A DNA stretch of 63,712 bases, filler included, from an uncultured Methanosarcinales archaeon (GTDB taxonomy: Archaea > Nanobdellota > Nanobdellia > Woesearchaeales > GW2011-AR9): NCBI GenBank assembly GCA_964434885.1. It is 9 parts of 9 records of this genome, joined end to end, with 100 filler letters (N's around TTAATTAATTAA, not from the genome) between each part and the next. Parts side by side here need not be neighbours in the genome. Positions count along the whole stretch, not along the records: positions 25,237 to 32,855 come from CAYSWQ010000043.1; positions 32,956 to 40,150 come from CAYSWQ010000044.1; positions 40,251 to 47,440 come from CAYSWQ010000045.1; 6 more parts are not named here. One strand, given 5' to 3'. The translations under genes were made by a program, and so were the position numbers. This document shows, piece by piece, positions 31,117-40,289 of the stretch (position 1 is its first letter; every line of letters begins with the position of its first letter). The notes beneath the pieces are model-generated. The model ran no database searches. It saw only the letters and a list, made by a program, of their open reading frames with translations, and had not been told where the DNA came from.

Positions 31117-32781
31117 ATGTCCAAGACAAAAAAATTGAGGGAATTATTTGCTAAAGATGGGTTTTTTAGATTGGTGGGGGCTCACAACGGACTCACTGCC
31201 AAGTTAGTGGAAAAAGCCGGTTTTGAAGGAGTCTGGGCTTCTAGTTTGGAAATGTCTGCTTCTCATGCCGTTCCCGATGCTAATATCTTAACTATGACTG
31301 ATTATCTTAATATGGCTATCAATATGAATGATGCAGTATCAATTCCTGTTGTTGTTGATGTTGACCAAGGTTATGGCAATTCTAGTAATGTTATCAGAAT
31401 GATTAAAAAATTTGAAGCAGCTGGTATTGCTGGAGTAATCATGGAAGATAAAAAATTTCCAAAACAAAATAGTTTATTGGCAGGAGGTAGACAAGAGTTA
31501 GCTTCCATTTCAGAGTTTTCCGGAAAAATTATGGCGGCCAAAAATGCTCAAACTGATCCTGATTTTATGGTAATTGCCAGGGTGGAGGCTTTGATTGCTG
31601 GTTGGGGTCATGAAGAAGCGATGAAAAGAGCTAAAGCTTATGTTGAAGCTGGAGTTGATGGTATTATGATTCACTCCAAAAAATCAGATCCGGCAGAAGT
31701 CGTTAAGTTTGTGGCAGAGTGGGATTCCGAAGTTCCCATTGTGATTGTTCCCACCAAATACCCTTCCATGAATGAAGCAATGATTAATAATTATCCCAAA
31801 ATCAAGATGGTAATTTATGCCAATCATGTGATTAGAAGTGCAGTTACTTCTATCAAAAGAACTTTAAACGAAATCCGAGAAACTGGAGGGATTGAAAGTG
31901 TTAATCAGAGCCTCATTCCAGTTAAAGAACTATTTGAATTACAAGGGACTTTTGAAATGAAAGATGATGAGGAAAAATTTCTCAAAACAGACACTGAGCC
32001 AATTTCAGCTATAATCGCTGCTGCTGGAAAACCAATCGATACAAAATTAAAAGAAGTTTTTTTAAATGATACACCGACCTGTATGTTAGATATTAATGGT
32101 AAATCATTGTTACAACGTAATGTTGAATTATTGAATACTGTGGGAATTAACAATGTTCACGTAGTAACTGGTTATTGTGGAGAAAAAATTAATGTTGAAG
32201 GAATCAATAAGATTGAAAATCTTGAATTTGAACAAACCAAAGCATTACATTCTATTATGGCTGCTAAGTCTCAAGTTAATGGTAAAACAGTAGTATTGTA
32301 TTCTGATTTGTTGTTTGATAAAGATATCTTAAACAATCTAGTTAATAAAGAAGGAGATATTGTTTTAGTTGTAGATTCTTCATATAAATTGAATCCTTCT
32401 AGGTATAATAAGAAACTTGATTTAGTTAAAGCTAAGAAAGAACCGGTTTTAGGAGAAAGGGCATTAAAATTAGATGATGATAATGAGGTAGTTAAGATTG
32501 GTTCTACACTGGATCCTGACGAAGCTAATTTTGAATTCATTGGGATGGCAATGCTATCAGCCCAGGGTACAGATTTATTGCATCAAGTCTACACCGAAAA
32601 TATTGCTGAACTCAAAAACAAAGATTTTACTGCTTTGATACAGAAAGTGATTGAATTAGGCCACAAAGTTGATTGTTTAGAAATTCACAAAGGTTGGACA
32701 GAAGTTCATACTTTTGATGATTATAAGAATGTTTCAAGAATAGTTTCCCAACGAAGTGATGAGTTGAATAAAAATGATTGA
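31117..32781 (+). CDS. pepM: Phosphoenolpyruvate mutase fused to an NTP-transferase (LicC/PntC-like) domain
   Basis: GAHNGLTA, VDVDQGYG, PepM signature EDKKFPKQNS, ARVEALIAG, IVPTKY; C-domain IIAAAG, DINGKSLL, YSDLLFD, EFIGM, WTEVHT; AGGTGA SD before ATG 31117. Confidence 0.93.
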   Translation: MSKTKKLRELFAKDGFFRLVGAHNGLTAKLVEKAGFEGVWASSLEMSASHAVPDANILTMTDYLNMAINMNDAVSIPVVVDVDQGYGNSSNVIRMIKKFEAAGIAGVIMEDKKFPKQNSLLAGGRQELASISEFSGKIMAAKNAQTDPDFMVIARVEALIAGWGHEEAMKRAKAYVEAGVDGIMIHSKKSDPAEVVKFVAEWDSEVPIVIVPTKYPSMNEAMINNYPKIKMVIYANHVIRSAVTSIKRTLNEIRETGGIESVNQSLIPVKELFELQGTFEMKDDEEKFLKTDTEPISAIIAAAGKPIDTKLKEVFLNDTPTCMLDINGKSLLQRNVELLNTVGINNVHVVTGYCGEKINVEGINKIENLEFEQTKALHSIMAAKSQVNGKTVVLYSDLLFDKDILNNLVNKEGDIVLVVDSSYKLNPSRYNKKLDLVKAKKEPVLGERALKLDDDNEVVKIGSTLDPDEANFEFIGMAMLSAQGTDLLHQVYTENIAELKNKDFTALIQKVIELGHKVDCLEIHKGWTEVHTFDDYKNVSRIVSQRSDELNKND

Positions 32782-32855
32782 GTGTACCAAACTAGCTGAA
32801 ATTTTTAAAGCGAATAAATTTACTTTTTTTGCTGGTCTCCCAGATAGTACATTTA
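32774..32855 (+). CDS. ppd: Phosphonopyruvate decarboxylase, N-terminal fragment cut by the contig end
   Basis: MIECTKLAEIFKANKFTFFAGLPDSTF matches the Ppd N-terminal FFxG(V/L)PDS motif; overlaps the pepM stop. Confidence 0.75.
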
Positions 32856-32955
32856 NNNNNNNNNNNNNNNNNNNNNNNNNNNNNNNNNNNNNNNNNNNNT
32901 TAATTAATTAANNNNNNNNNNNNNNNNNNNNNNNNNNNNNNNNNNNNNNNNNNNN

Positions 32956-33295
32956 CAGTTTTTTCTTCCTCAACTAGTTCTTCAGCTGGAGCTTCCTCTT
33001 CAGCAGGTGCTTCTTCCTCAACTGGTTCTTCTGCAGGAGCTTCTTCTTCTACAGGTTCTTCAGATGATGATGCTTCCTCTTCAGTTGTTTCTTCCTCAAC
33101 AGGTTCTTCTGTTGATGTTTCTTCTTCACTTGGAGCTTCTTCTACTGCTTCTTCAACAGCTTCCTCTTCATTGTTTTCTTCCACAGGTGCTACAGAATCT
33201 TCAACAGGTGCTTCTTCTACCGGAGCAGCTGCACATTCAGAACATAATCCTTCTTCGTTAACTTCAACTTCTTTACTACACTTACTACATACCAT
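32956..33295 (-). CDS. Zn-ribbon protein with acidic low-complexity (EEAPA/EEPVEE) tail, 3' partial
   Basis: CSKC..CSEC followed by Glu/Ala/Pro repeats; GAGGTGA SD. Confidence 0.8.
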
Positions 33296-33377
33296 AATTT
33301 CACCTCATTTAAAAAATAATTAATAAAATAGTTTTCTTCCTCTTTTTAAAGATATCTGTAGAGAAGTATCTAAAAAT

Positions 33378-34589
33378 TCACTCATACCTCAACGCATCAA
33401 CTGGTTTCAAACGAGATGCCTGCCGAGCAGGAGTTATCCCAGAAATTCCCCCAATAATAAAACTAAACAACAATGTTCCAAGTACCAACCACCAATTAAT
33501 TTTAATCAACAAAAACGCAGGACCAACTGTCAAAACAAACAACAATTCAACTAATTTAGCCAAACCAATCCCAATCACTACTCCCACAACTCCACCACCT
33601 AAACCATATAGTCCAGATTCTACCAAAAACAAAGACATAATATGAGAATTTCTTGCTCCCAAAGCTTTCATTACCCCAATATCTTTAGTTCTCTCTAACA
33701 CTGAAGTATACATTGTATTCATAATCCCAATACCACCAACTAACAAACTAATCCCAGCAATACCAATTAAAACTATTTGCACAATATCTAAAATAACATT
33801 AAATGTGGCGGCAAATTGATCTGGTGTCTCTACCGAAAAATCTTCTTTCCCTTCTTCCAACCCATGATCTTCCCTTAAATCTTTCTTCACTGCTTCTGCC
33901 ACTTTCAAAGCATCTTCTCCTGCTTGCGCTTGTGCCACAATAAAACCCAATTCATCTTTTTTATCAAAAATCTCTTCGTAAGCATCCAAAGAAATAATTG
34001 CCGATTGATCATCAGGGGGAGAACCAATCTTCTCTAAAAAACCAACCACTTTGAAAGTATAATCATTTAATTCAATCTTATCTCCTAATTCTACTCTTTT
34101 TTCAAACATATCTGTTTGAGTATGTTCATAACCCAAAACAACTTTTAATTTATCTCCATTTCTAATCATTCGTCCTTCTCCCACTTTCCAAGTCTGAGCT
34201 TCTCCAATCAAAGCTCTTTCTTCTGGATCAGTAGAAATTCCCGAAATAAATGCATATTTGATAAAATCATTAAATTCAATCTTAGCAAAAGCATAACCCA
34301 TCCCCGTTGCTTCTTTAACTCCAGATGTTTTCTTAATCACATCTAAATCATCTTCTGTTAATTGCTCAGAAGAACCCATTCCCCAAGTTCCACCTTTCGG
34401 CATCACAAATAACTTATCTCTACCTAAAGATTGAAACTGTTTCTCAATCGCATTCTCTAACCCCTGTCCTAATGTAATTAAAGAAATAATCGCCGCAATC
34501 CCAATAAACACCCCTAATAAAGTCAACCAACTACGCAAACGTTTCCTCTTGATTTCTTTCCAAGGTATTTTAAAATAATCTTTTATCAT
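33378..34589 (-). CDS. ABC permease, MacB/FtsX family
   Basis: RSWLTLLGVFIGI, GGIGIMNTMYTSVLERTKDIG, PARQASRLKPVDALRYE. Confidence 0.95.
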   Translation of the reverse strand: MIKDYFKIPWKEIKRKRLRSWLTLLGVFIGIAAIISLITLGQGLENAIEKQFQSLGRDKLFVMPKGGTWGMGSSEQLTEDDLDVIKKTSGVKEATGMGYAFAKIEFNDFIKYAFISGISTDPEERALIGEAQTWKVGEGRMIRNGDKLKVVLGYEHTQTDMFEKRVELGDKIELNDYTFKVVGFLEKIGSPPDDQSAIISLDAYEEIFDKKDELGFIVAQAQAGEDALKVAEAVKKDLREDHGLEEGKEDFSVETPDQFAATFNVILDIVQIVLIGIAGISLLVGGIGIMNTMYTSVLERTKDIGVMKALGARNSHIMSLFLVESGLYGLGGGVVGVVIGIGLAKLVELLFVLTVGPAFLLIKINWWLVLGTLLFSFIIGGISGITPARQASRLKPVDALRYE

Positions 34590-34591
34590 GT

Positions 34592-35161
34592 TTACAAACC
34601 AATTATTTTCCTCGCCTCAGTTAAAAATTCATTAGCCCGTTTAACAGATGTTCTAGCTTTATTTAATTCAGCTATCTCTCCCATTTCATAAGTAAATCTT
34701 TTTCTTTTGGCCATCTCAAAATCAAAATCCTGGACCATAGATAAAGCCTTAGATTCACTTATTTTTAATAAATCCTCTGCTTCAGTATATGCATCTTGGT
34801 ATTCTTCAATAAAATGTTTTTGTAATTTATTATCATCAATCAAAAAATAATAAACCAAAGCATGATAAGTTAATTTATGAATTCCTCTTTCCTCATCAAT
34901 TTGATGGTTAAAAAAAGCCAGCAAAGAGGTACCAGTAAAAAACATAGAATAATAAGCAACCGCTACCACCCACATATAACTTCTTAACTCATCTTCTTCA
35001 TCTTCAGAAATATCCAAAATTCTTTTGGCGAGATTAAATGATTCTATCCCCTTATCCAAAAAAAATTTAATCGTTCTTCCTTCTGGCTTAATTATTTTTC
35101 CGTTATCAATTAGCTGTTTGATTAAAGATCTGCTTTCTTCTTTATGCTTCTCATCCAACAT
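34592..35161 (-). CDS. HEPN domain protein
   Basis: AYYSMF helix, H..T..AL, RKRFTY motif; overlaps the MNT gene. Confidence 0.8.
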   Translation of the reverse strand: MLDEKHKEESRSLIKQLIDNGKIIKPEGRTIKFFLDKGIESFNLAKRILDISEDEEDELRSYMWVVAVAYYSMFFTGTSLLAFFNHQIDEERGIHKLTYHALVYYFLIDDNKLQKHFIEEYQDAYTEAEDLLKISESKALSMVQDFDFEMAKRKRFTYEMGEIAELNKARTSVKRANEFLTEARKIIGL

Positions 35162-35756
35162 AATACTTCCTCCTTAGTTCTAAAAATTGTTCTGCCCCAT
35201 ATAAAACGATGTGTTTTTTTAACAATTCATTCCCAACATTAAATTTTAGTGGATTTTTCCACATCTCCATCAAACCTTTTTCTGTAGTTAGATGGAAGTC
35301 AATTTTTCTTAAAGTAAGCTCCGTTTTTATAGCTTTCTCAAATTTACCATAATCATACTCTTCTGGAATCACAAATAATAAATCAATATCAGAATCTTTT
35401 TTAGCTGTCTTTTCAGCATATGAACCAAATAAGATACAGATAAATTGATTATATTTTATTCTTATCAAATCATTAATCAATAATTTGATTGGTTTAAATT
35501 TATTGACTAATTCTTTTTTCCTTTCTAACTCAACAAAGACATAATCGTCTTGATACTCTTCCAAAACTAAATTGATTATCCAACTTTTCCCTTGTTGTTT
35601 CTTCTTAACCAATTCTTTCTTAAATAGAGACCCAACTGACCGATGTATTTGGGGATATGGTAAATCCAAATCTAATGATATCTTTCGAATAGTAAACTCT
35701 TTGGTTAAATCTTTAAACAACAACTTCAATATTTTTAATTCTGTCTTAGATAACAT
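35151..35756 (-). CDS. wHTH + minimal nucleotidyltransferase (MNT)
   Basis: N-terminal HTH (FTIRKIS..YPQIHRSV), LFGSYA..DSDIDLL; ATG 35756 preferred over TTG 35762. Confidence 0.88.
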   Translation of the reverse strand: MLSKTELKILKLLFKDLTKEFTIRKISLDLDLPYPQIHRSVGSLFKKELVKKKQQGKSWIINLVLEEYQDDYVFVELERKKELVNKFKPIKLLINDLIRIKYNQFICILFGSYAEKTAKKDSDIDLLFVIPEEYDYGKFEKAIKTELTLRKIDFHLTTEKGLMEMWKNPLKFNVGNELLKKHIVLYGAEQFLELRRKYYVG

Positions 35757-35806
35757 TATCAATATAACACATTTAATATAATGTTATATCTTTTTTGTTA
35801 TATAAA
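35750..35806 (-). promoter_or_regulatory. Operator-like TGTTAT/ATAACA repeats overlapping the MNT promoter and start codon
   Basis: Perfect inverted repeat ATAACATTAT (35750-35759) / ATAATGTTAT (35778-35787); extra copies at 35762-35769 and 35796-35803; TTTATATA TATA box on the minus strand. Confidence 0.6.
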
Positions 35807-35831
35807 TGTTTTGGTTAGAACTCACTCTCAT

Positions 35832-37046
35832 TTATTTCCTCAACGCATCCACTGGCTTTAACTTCGCTGCCTGTCGAGCAGGAAAAACCCCTGATGCTGC
35901 TCCAACCATAAAAGCAAACATTAATGCTCCAAACATAACCATTAAATTAACACTGGCTTTAATCAAAAAACTTCCATATATTTGAAACGCCACATATTCA
36001 ACTAATTTACTAATTCCAAAACCCATTGAAACTCCAATCAATCCTCCAAACATTCCCAACATTCCTGATTCTACCAAAAATAAAAATAAAATCTGTCGGT
36101 CCCGGGCCCCAGTTGCCTTCATAATCCCAATCTCTTTCGTCCTCTCTAACACTGCAGTGTACATTGTATTCATGATTCCAATTCCTCCAACAACTAAACT
36201 AATTCCTGCAATTCCCACTAACACTCCCTGTACAATTAATAAAATTGTCGTCAAAGTAGCCAAAATACTCCCTGGAGTTTCCACAGTAAAATCTTCTTTT
36301 CCTTCTTCCACATCACGATGTTTACGCAAAGCTTTCTTAATTCTCTCCGCCGCCAAATCCATGTCTTCTCCACTACTTATTTTCGCCGGAATAATATCAT
36401 AAACGTCTTTCAAACCAAAAATGGCCCTCATTCCTTCTTCCGGAATCACAATAGTTTCATCTTGTTGAGGATTTCCTGATTTCTTTAACAACCCCACAAC
36501 TTTAAAATCTACATCTTCAATTTGAATCTTATCTCTCAATAATAATTTAGTTTCAAAAAAATCTTCTGCAAAACCAGAACCAACCATTGCTACAAACTTA
36601 TCTCCTTTTTTCAACAATCTTCCTTGATTAACTTGATAATCATTAACTTCTATAGTTAAAGCAATATCCTCATTTTCTTTAGGCATCGTTACTACAAAAG
36701 AATATTTAACTTCATCTTTATATTCCATTTTAGCCGAACGAATTAACCGACCAATAACATTATCTACTCCTTTAACTTTTTCTACTACTTCTAAATCTTT
36801 CTCAGTCAAAGGAGCTTCCACCCCTGTTCCTGGTGGACCAAAACCAGAACTAATTCCTTGCACAATTAACTTATCAGAACCAAGTTTGATAAATTGTTCT
36901 CCAATTGCTTCTTGTAACCCTTGAGACAATGAAATCAAAGCTACTACTGCTGCAATCCCAATAAATATTCCAATCATAGTTAGCCAAGAACGCATCTTTC
37001 TCTTACTTACACTTTTAAAAGCCAACTTGAAATAATCTTTAATCAT
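35832..37046 (-). CDS. ABC permease, MacB/FtsX family (paralog of 33378-34589)
   Basis: RSWLTMIGIFIGI, GGIGIMNTMYTAVLERTKEIG, PARQAAKLKPVDALR. Confidence 0.95.
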   Translation of the reverse strand: MIKDYFKLAFKSVSKRKMRSWLTMIGIFIGIAAVVALISLSQGLQEAIGEQFIKLGSDKLIVQGISSGFGPPGTGVEAPLTEKDLEVVEKVKGVDNVIGRLIRSAKMEYKDEVKYSFVVTMPKENEDIALTIEVNDYQVNQGRLLKKGDKFVAMVGSGFAEDFFETKLLLRDKIQIEDVDFKVVGLLKKSGNPQQDETIVIPEEGMRAIFGLKDVYDIIPAKISSGEDMDLAAERIKKALRKHRDVEEGKEDFTVETPGSILATLTTILLIVQGVLVGIAGISLVVGGIGIMNTMYTAVLERTKEIGIMKATGARDRQILFLFLVESGMLGMFGGLIGVSMGFGISKLVEYVAFQIYGSFLIKASVNLMVMFGALMFAFMVGAASGVFPARQAAKLKPVDALRK

Positions 37047-37100
37047 TCAGAACAAACCTCCACCCCAACAAAAACAAACACCAATAGTTAACATCTTAAA

Positions 37101-38399
37101 TTATTTCTTGCGTATAAAAGGAATCTTATTTCTCCATCTTCTCATTTTTCTGGAAAAAACAATTGGGTCTTTTTTATAACTTCGATACATTAAAATTCCC
37201 ACTACAACTAATATTAAAACTAACACATAAAAACCCGCATTACTGGTGGGAATTATCCCAAATTTCTTTAATTGGGAAGAAGAATAAAGATTCATTTTCA
37301 ACTTAAATTGTTGTTCGTAATTTTGATTGTTAGCATCCATGTATTTAAGTTTAACAGGAATATCTAATGAATCTGCTTTGGTATTAACAAAAATATTAAT
37401 TTCTTCACTTTCTGTATCATCGGAATCAACATCTCCGATATAAAAATAATTACTTGTCGAAACCAATTGAAAATCTTTAGATGGTAAAATTTCCATTTCC
37501 AAAAATTTAACATCTGTTGTCCCTGCATTTGCCAATTCCAAAGTAACTTTTCCTGCTTTTCTAGATTGCAATACTGAACTTTTCTTAATATAAGGATGAA
37601 TACTTGGTTTTTCCCCTACAGTTATAGCCATCACATCTTCCACCAAATAAGAATTTGCTTTTTCGTCATTATAAGTTATATTCAAAGGTACTTTGTATAA
37701 TCCAGCAGTAGCTCCTGGATCAGCTAAAACATCAAAAACAAGTACTTTTTGATAATTTGATTGTAGTTGAGAAATTCTTCTCTCTGAAGAAGATTGATAA
37801 GGTACTAAAGGAATTGCAGAATTAGCAAAATCCAATTTAAATTTTATATCTTTCAACAAAGAATCCGCTAAATTTTTTACTAAAACAGTAATTTTTCCTT
37901 TCCCACCAGGAGGAATTTGTTTAGGTTCAGCAGTAATGGACACTATTTCTAATACTGCATCATGAGTTTGAATATCAATTAAAAATTCATCATTAGTAAA
38001 TGCATAAGAAGCAGAACCTACTTTCACTTCTAATTCTAATTCAGTTTCTTTTTCTGCTGCTTGTTCATCAATTTTCACCATAAATTCAACTATTTGTGCA
38101 TCTGATCCAGTTGCACTAGCTGTTAATTTACCAATGTTCCTACTAGCAGATCCACTATATAATGAAAAAGGTTTTTTTAAATCTAATTTAACAATTGCAT
38201 CTGATGTTGTTTCTTCTCCATCATTTTCTATTTTAAATTTTAATTTAACTACTTGCCCAGGTTCAACTGGATCTGGATCTTGACTAACTAATGTTACTTG
38301 AATGTCTGGTCCAGTAACACCAGATCCTTGAACAAAAAATATAGATAACAAAAAAACAACAAATACTGTTAAACCACCAACATTTTTAATCTTCACCAT
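37101..38399 (-). CDS. COG1361-type S-layer-like protein associated with the ABC transporter
   Basis: Signal peptide, QDPDPVEPG, repeated Ig-like modules, C-terminal TM; typical position between ATPase and permease. Confidence 0.82.
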   Translation of the reverse strand: MVKIKNVGGLTVFVVFLLSIFFVQGSGVTGPDIQVTLVSQDPDPVEPGQVVKLKFKIENDGEETTSDAIVKLDLKKPFSLYSGSASRNIGKLTASATGSDAQIVEFMVKIDEQAAEKETELELEVKVGSASYAFTNDEFLIDIQTHDAVLEIVSITAEPKQIPPGGKGKITVLVKNLADSLLKDIKFKLDFANSAIPLVPYQSSSERRISQLQSNYQKVLVFDVLADPGATAGLYKVPLNITYNDEKANSYLVEDVMAITVGEKPSIHPYIKKSSVLQSRKAGKVTLELANAGTTDVKFLEMEILPSKDFQLVSTSNYFYIGDVDSDDTESEEINIFVNTKADSLDIPVKLKYMDANNQNYEQQFKLKMNLYSSSQLKKFGIIPTSNAGFYVLVLILVVVGILMYRSYKKDPIVFSRKMRRWRNKIPFIRKK

Positions 38400-38514
38400 T
38401 TTTATTAAATATTATCTCTCTCCTTTATTATTCCTTTACATCTCCTTTATTATTTCCTTTATTAATTTATACATTTATTAATCTTTTGTTTATTGTTTAA
38501 ACCCACATTCCAAT

Positions 38515-40150
38515 TTATTTCTTCTTAGCACCATTCTCCTTAGGTTTATGGTCTCCTTTCTTAATCTTAACTACTTCTCCATCTTTCAAATAAATTGTTT
38601 TTTCTGAATATTTTACTAAATCCACATCGTGTGTAACTAATATGATTGTTTTCCCTTCTTTTTTATGAAATCCAGTTAACATCTCCATTACTTGATGACC
38701 GGATTTAGAATCTAAATTACCGGTTGGTTCATCCGCCAAAATAACTTCCGGATTATTTATCAACGCCCTTGCAATCGCCACTCTTTGTTGTTGTCCTCCT
38801 GACAATTCATTCGGTCGATGTTCCATTCGATCTCCTAAACCAACTTGAGTTAACAAACTTTTTGCTCTATTCACTCTAGTTTCTTCATCAATATTTTGAA
38901 AAATAGTTGGTAATGTCACATTCTCCAATGCAGTCAAAGTATTAATTAAATTAAATTGCTGAAAAACAAAACCAATCCTCTTTCCCCTTAACTGCGCTAA
39001 ATCTGATTCAGTTAATTGGGTTAAATCTCTATCTCTATAATATACTTTTCCCTTGGTGGGCATATCTAAAATTCCTACTTGGTTCATCATTGTTGAATTA
39101 TGAATAATAAAATCATTGGCTACAAAATTATCGGCACCAGGAACAGTTAAATCATAAACTTGAATATTTTTTTTTATTTTTTTGATTGAAATAACTTTAT
39201 CCCAAAATATCTGCATCTTTACAATTTGCTTTAACCTAGCACAATTTATGTTTCTTCTATCAAATAACCCAATTATTTGATTTACTTTCTTAATTGAAGG
39301 ATTAAATCTTCCATTTTCACAGCCCCACAATAACTTGTGTTCTTCTCTTGTTAATTTTACCGAAGAAGATTTTCTTATTTTTTTAATCAACTTGCCGCAA
39401 GGGATTATATCAACATTAGTGTCTCCTTTTCCTTTGATGTGTTTCTCCAATCTACTCATTTTAAAATTAGAATTAAATCCAATATGCGAATGATAGATTT
39501 TCAAATTATTTAAACCAGAGATATTTAGTTTGTAGTAAATTCTTTTTGTTTTCTTTACAGTGTTTGAGGCATACTTAATAACTTCAGAATATCTCGAATG
39601 AATTCCGAATCTCATTAACAAATGCCTTAGTTGTAAAATTAATTCTTTACTAGCAAGAGTGATAGATATTTCTTTTTGGTTTTTTGCAACAAAACCATCA
39701 CAATCAAATAATCCCCGGATAAAAGCAGCAATTTCTTTTAGGTTACATTTTAATAAAAAATCTGGAACTCGAATGTTTCTGGATTTTTTTCTTAACGGCA
39801 AACCAAATACATAATGGAAAAAAGATTTGATAACTGTGCTATTACAAATTACTTTCTTTTGATATTTTTTCGCGTCTATTCCAAAGACTTTTTTGGTAAG
39901 AAAAATAACTTTGTTTTTCAAGACTTCCTCTATGTTGGTTACAACTATTCCTGTTTTATCACTATTACCATCACCTACCAAAAATCCAAATAATTCCAAT
40001 AAATCTGGGTTAGTTTTTAGAGGTATTTTAACAGCAATATTAGAATTTAAAGCAGTCAATTTAGAGTTATTTAAGATATTGATATTTTTCACCTAATTCA
40101 TTTAATTTTTTGGTTAATTTACTAAGACTTAAATTACCTGCTTTTGATTC
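38515..40150 (-). CDS. ABC ATP-binding protein (LolD/MacB/MJ0796 type) interrupted by an intein; 5' part off-contig
   Basis: C-extein 38515-39096: STMMN, GFVFQQFNL, LSGGQQQRVAIARAL, ILADEPTGNLD, VTHD. Confidence 0.92.
39097..40150 (-). mobile_element. Intein with LAGLIDADG homing endonuclease (N-terminal part off-contig)
   Basis: Blocks LLELFGFLVGDG, FIRGLFDCDG, SKELILQLRHLLMRFGI, VYDLTVPGADNFVAN and terminal IIHN|S. Confidence 0.93.
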
Positions 40151-40289
40151 NNNNNNNNNNNNNNNNNNNNNNNNNNNNNNNNNNNNNNNNNNNNTTAATT
40201 AATTAANNNNNNNNNNNNNNNNNNNNNNNNNNNNNNNNNNNNNNNNNNNNTAATCCAATTCCAATTAAATATAACGCCATATTATTAAT

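Noticed and set aside
31117..31990. Isocitrate or methylisocitrate lyase annotation
   Set aside because: It has EDKxxxxxNS rather than KxCGH, and a Ppd-like gene follows.
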